Assembly: GCA_903951185.1 (NCBI GenBank)
Contig: CAJBBC010000101.1
Span: forward strand, 1-45,843
Length of the DNA: 45,843 nt
Source of the DNA: an uncultured Actinomycetes bacterium
Lineage (GTDB): Bacteria; Actinomycetota; Actinomycetes; S36-B12; UBA5976
Direction of reading: 5' to 3'
In this document: piece by piece, positions 44,471 through 45,843 of the stretch
Layout of the letters: each line of letters opens with the position of its first letter
Position numbering within the stretch: position 1 is the stretch's first letter
Position numbers and translations under genes: made by a program
The notes under the pieces: generated by a model
The model's input: only the letters and a program-made list of their open reading frames with translations
The model's database searches: none
What the model was told of the DNA's origin: nothing

Positions 44471-45082
44471 GTGGCCGATGAACAGCAATCGTTATTTGAT
44501 GATTTTCTAGCAGATTGCCAATTAGATGGAACTGTATTTTCTAAGTCAACAAAAATTTCAGCAAAACCTGATTATGAAATTAGACGAAGTAAACGGCGCA
44601 AGAAGTCAGTCGGAGCTTTTCGCGAAAATGGCAAAACAATTATTGTGGCGCCAATCAGGATGTCTCTAAAAGAAGTTCATGGTTACGCCCAAGAGCTAGT
44701 TGCAGAATTAAATGGACACTTCGACAAATTAGCTTCACAGGAATTACTTGAACAGCGTGCAAAGTTTGTAGCCAAGCAGTATTTAGATGTAGATGTTTTC
44801 AGTACTCATCCAGTTCCGGTTTCAATTAGCTGGGTTGCAAATCAGAATTCACGCTGGGGTTCGTGCACGCCAGCTGATGGAAAAATCAGAATTTCAAATC
44901 GAATCCAAGGTATGCCGCAATATGTAATTGATGCAGTATTACTTCACGAGTTGATTCATTTAATTGTGGCTGATCACAGCCCAAAATTTTATGAGTATTT
45001 GAACAAATTTCCAGATTACAAATTAGCGAAAGAATATCTAGCTGGATATTCATTTGCCCAACAAAATTACATTGGTGATTAG
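44471..45082 (+). CDS. DUF45/M48-like (YgjP/SprT-like) zinc metallopeptidase
   Basis: HExxH in VLLHELIHLIVADHSPKFY. Also NSRWGSCTP...KIRISNRI, typical of DUF45. GTG start. Confidence 0.8.
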   Translation: MADEQQSLFDDFLADCQLDGTVFSKSTKISAKPDYEIRRSKRRKKSVGAFRENGKTIIVAPIRMSLKEVHGYAQELVAELNGHFDKLASQELLEQRAKFVAKQYLDVDVFSTHPVPVSISWVANQNSRWGSCTPADGKIRISNRIQGMPQYVIDAVLLHELIHLIVADHSPKFYEYLNKFPDYKLAKEYLAGYSFAQQNYIGD

Positions 45083-45843
45083 TCTTCTTCTGGAGCGGTT
45101 GTAGTATCGATTATTCGATTTAGTTCAGCAATTAAATCCGTGGATTGATTAGTTAAATAGCTTTCTACATCTGCCAAGTCTTCAACGGTTGGCAATAAAT
45201 CTGGATGTTGCCATATTTCATCGCGAGTAGTTTGACCTTTAAGTTCAGTTAAGTTCTTCCAAAGTGTGGTTGCTTCGCGCATCCGCTTTGGCCGCAATTC
45301 AAGGCCGATTAAACCAGCAAAGAGTTTTTCAGCTGGCCCACCGGCTGCTCTGCGTCGGCGGAATGCTTCATCAAGAGCAGTGGCACTAGAGAGTCGATTG
45401 TTAATTGAATCGGCCACCACTAAAGAAACCCAGCCTTCAATTAAAGCCAGTAGCTGCTCAAGACGTTCATGTGCTTGCTTTTGTTCATTGGTTAGAACGG
45501 GCTCGAATAAATCTGCAGTGATTGCAGATTGAATCTGTTCAGGGTTACTCGGGTCAAGTCCAGCAATCGCATCTTGAATCCGGCTGGTGTCAATCCGAAC
45601 ACCTTTTGCGTAAGCAGTAATGGCCGAAAGTACTTGTGAACTTAGCCAAGGTGAATTTGCAAATAGTCGACTATGCGCACGTTCTCTAAGCGCAATGTAG
45701 ATGCGCACATCACTCTCATCGATGCCAAGTGACTTACTGAACTCAGTTACATTTGCAGCAACGTAGCCGCTTGATGATTTATCGGTTAGTGGGATACCGA
45801 TATCAGAAGTGCTTAGAATTCCACTAGCCATATTGCCAAGCGC
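45079..45843 (-). CDS. zinc-dependent metalloprotease, DUF2342 family (C-terminal part; N-terminus lies beyond the window)
   Basis: The frame stays open to the window edge. C-terminal WQHPDLLPTVEDLADVESYL is typical of this actinobacterial family as I recall it. The HExxH region would lie upstream, outside the window. Confidence 0.65.
   Translation of the reverse strand, partial: ALGNMASGILSTSDIGIPLTDKSSSGYVAANVTEFSKSLGIDESDVRIYIALRERAHSRLFANSPWLSSQVLSAITAYAKGVRIDTSRIQDAIAGLDPSNPEQIQSAITADLFEPVLTNEQKQAHERLEQLLALIEGWVSLVVADSINNRLSSATALDEAFRRRRAAGGPAEKLFAGLIGLELRPKRMREATTLWKNLTELKGQTTRDEIWQHPDLLPTVEDLADVESYLTNQSTDLIAELNRIIDTTTAPEED

Overview
This looks like a chromosomal segment from a low-GC, very compact actinobacterium. 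Supporting markers are mshB (mycothiol), DUF3117, DUF3107, moeZ, adnAB, nudC and uvrD2, and the gene order parallels Mycobacterium/Streptomyces. A freshwater acI/Nanopelagicales-like origin is only an inference from composition and compaction. By my feature table the window is about 94% coding. I found no rRNA, CRISPR array, transposase or integrase.

The content falls into three blocks:
1. An Rv3235-like gene, a small SAF + CpaE/Ssd-like operon, aspC, tRNA-Trp, then secE-nusG-rplKA-rplJL. rpoBC does not follow rplL.
2. mshB, fdxA, dapC, gltA, dapD/dapE, DUF3117, an O-methyltransferase, htrA, tatB, mrp, DUF1003 and an MgtE-N/CBS protein.
3. An acyltransferase, rhlE, a ferritin-like protein, DUF3107, a 1900-aa surface protein, moeZ, a large membrane protein, adnA/adnB, nudC, a short uvrD2-like helicase, an E1/ThiF-like protein, a DUF45 peptidase and a partial DUF2342 metalloprotease.

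The observations most worth a second look are:
- A helically phased array of about 10 DnaA-box-like 9-mers in the largest non-coding gap (44100-44325). A structured leader with a 16-codon uORF sits next to it.
- An orphan protein combining an RRE/PqqD-like domain with an E1/ThiF-like domain.
- A giant exoprotein with a canonical EPN/WND C-type lectin domain, FN3/PPC/Ig-like modules, (TP)9 and Gly/Ser hinges, and a polytopic C-terminal membrane domain instead of a sortase signal.
- Two conserved genes (dapC, rhlE) whose conserved N-termini have no canonical start codon.
- A 24-nt direct repeat that encodes the C-termini of two convergent genes.
- An SAF + CpaE/Ssd pair with no adjacent Tad machinery.

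All family assignments come from motif recognition by eye. No searches were run.
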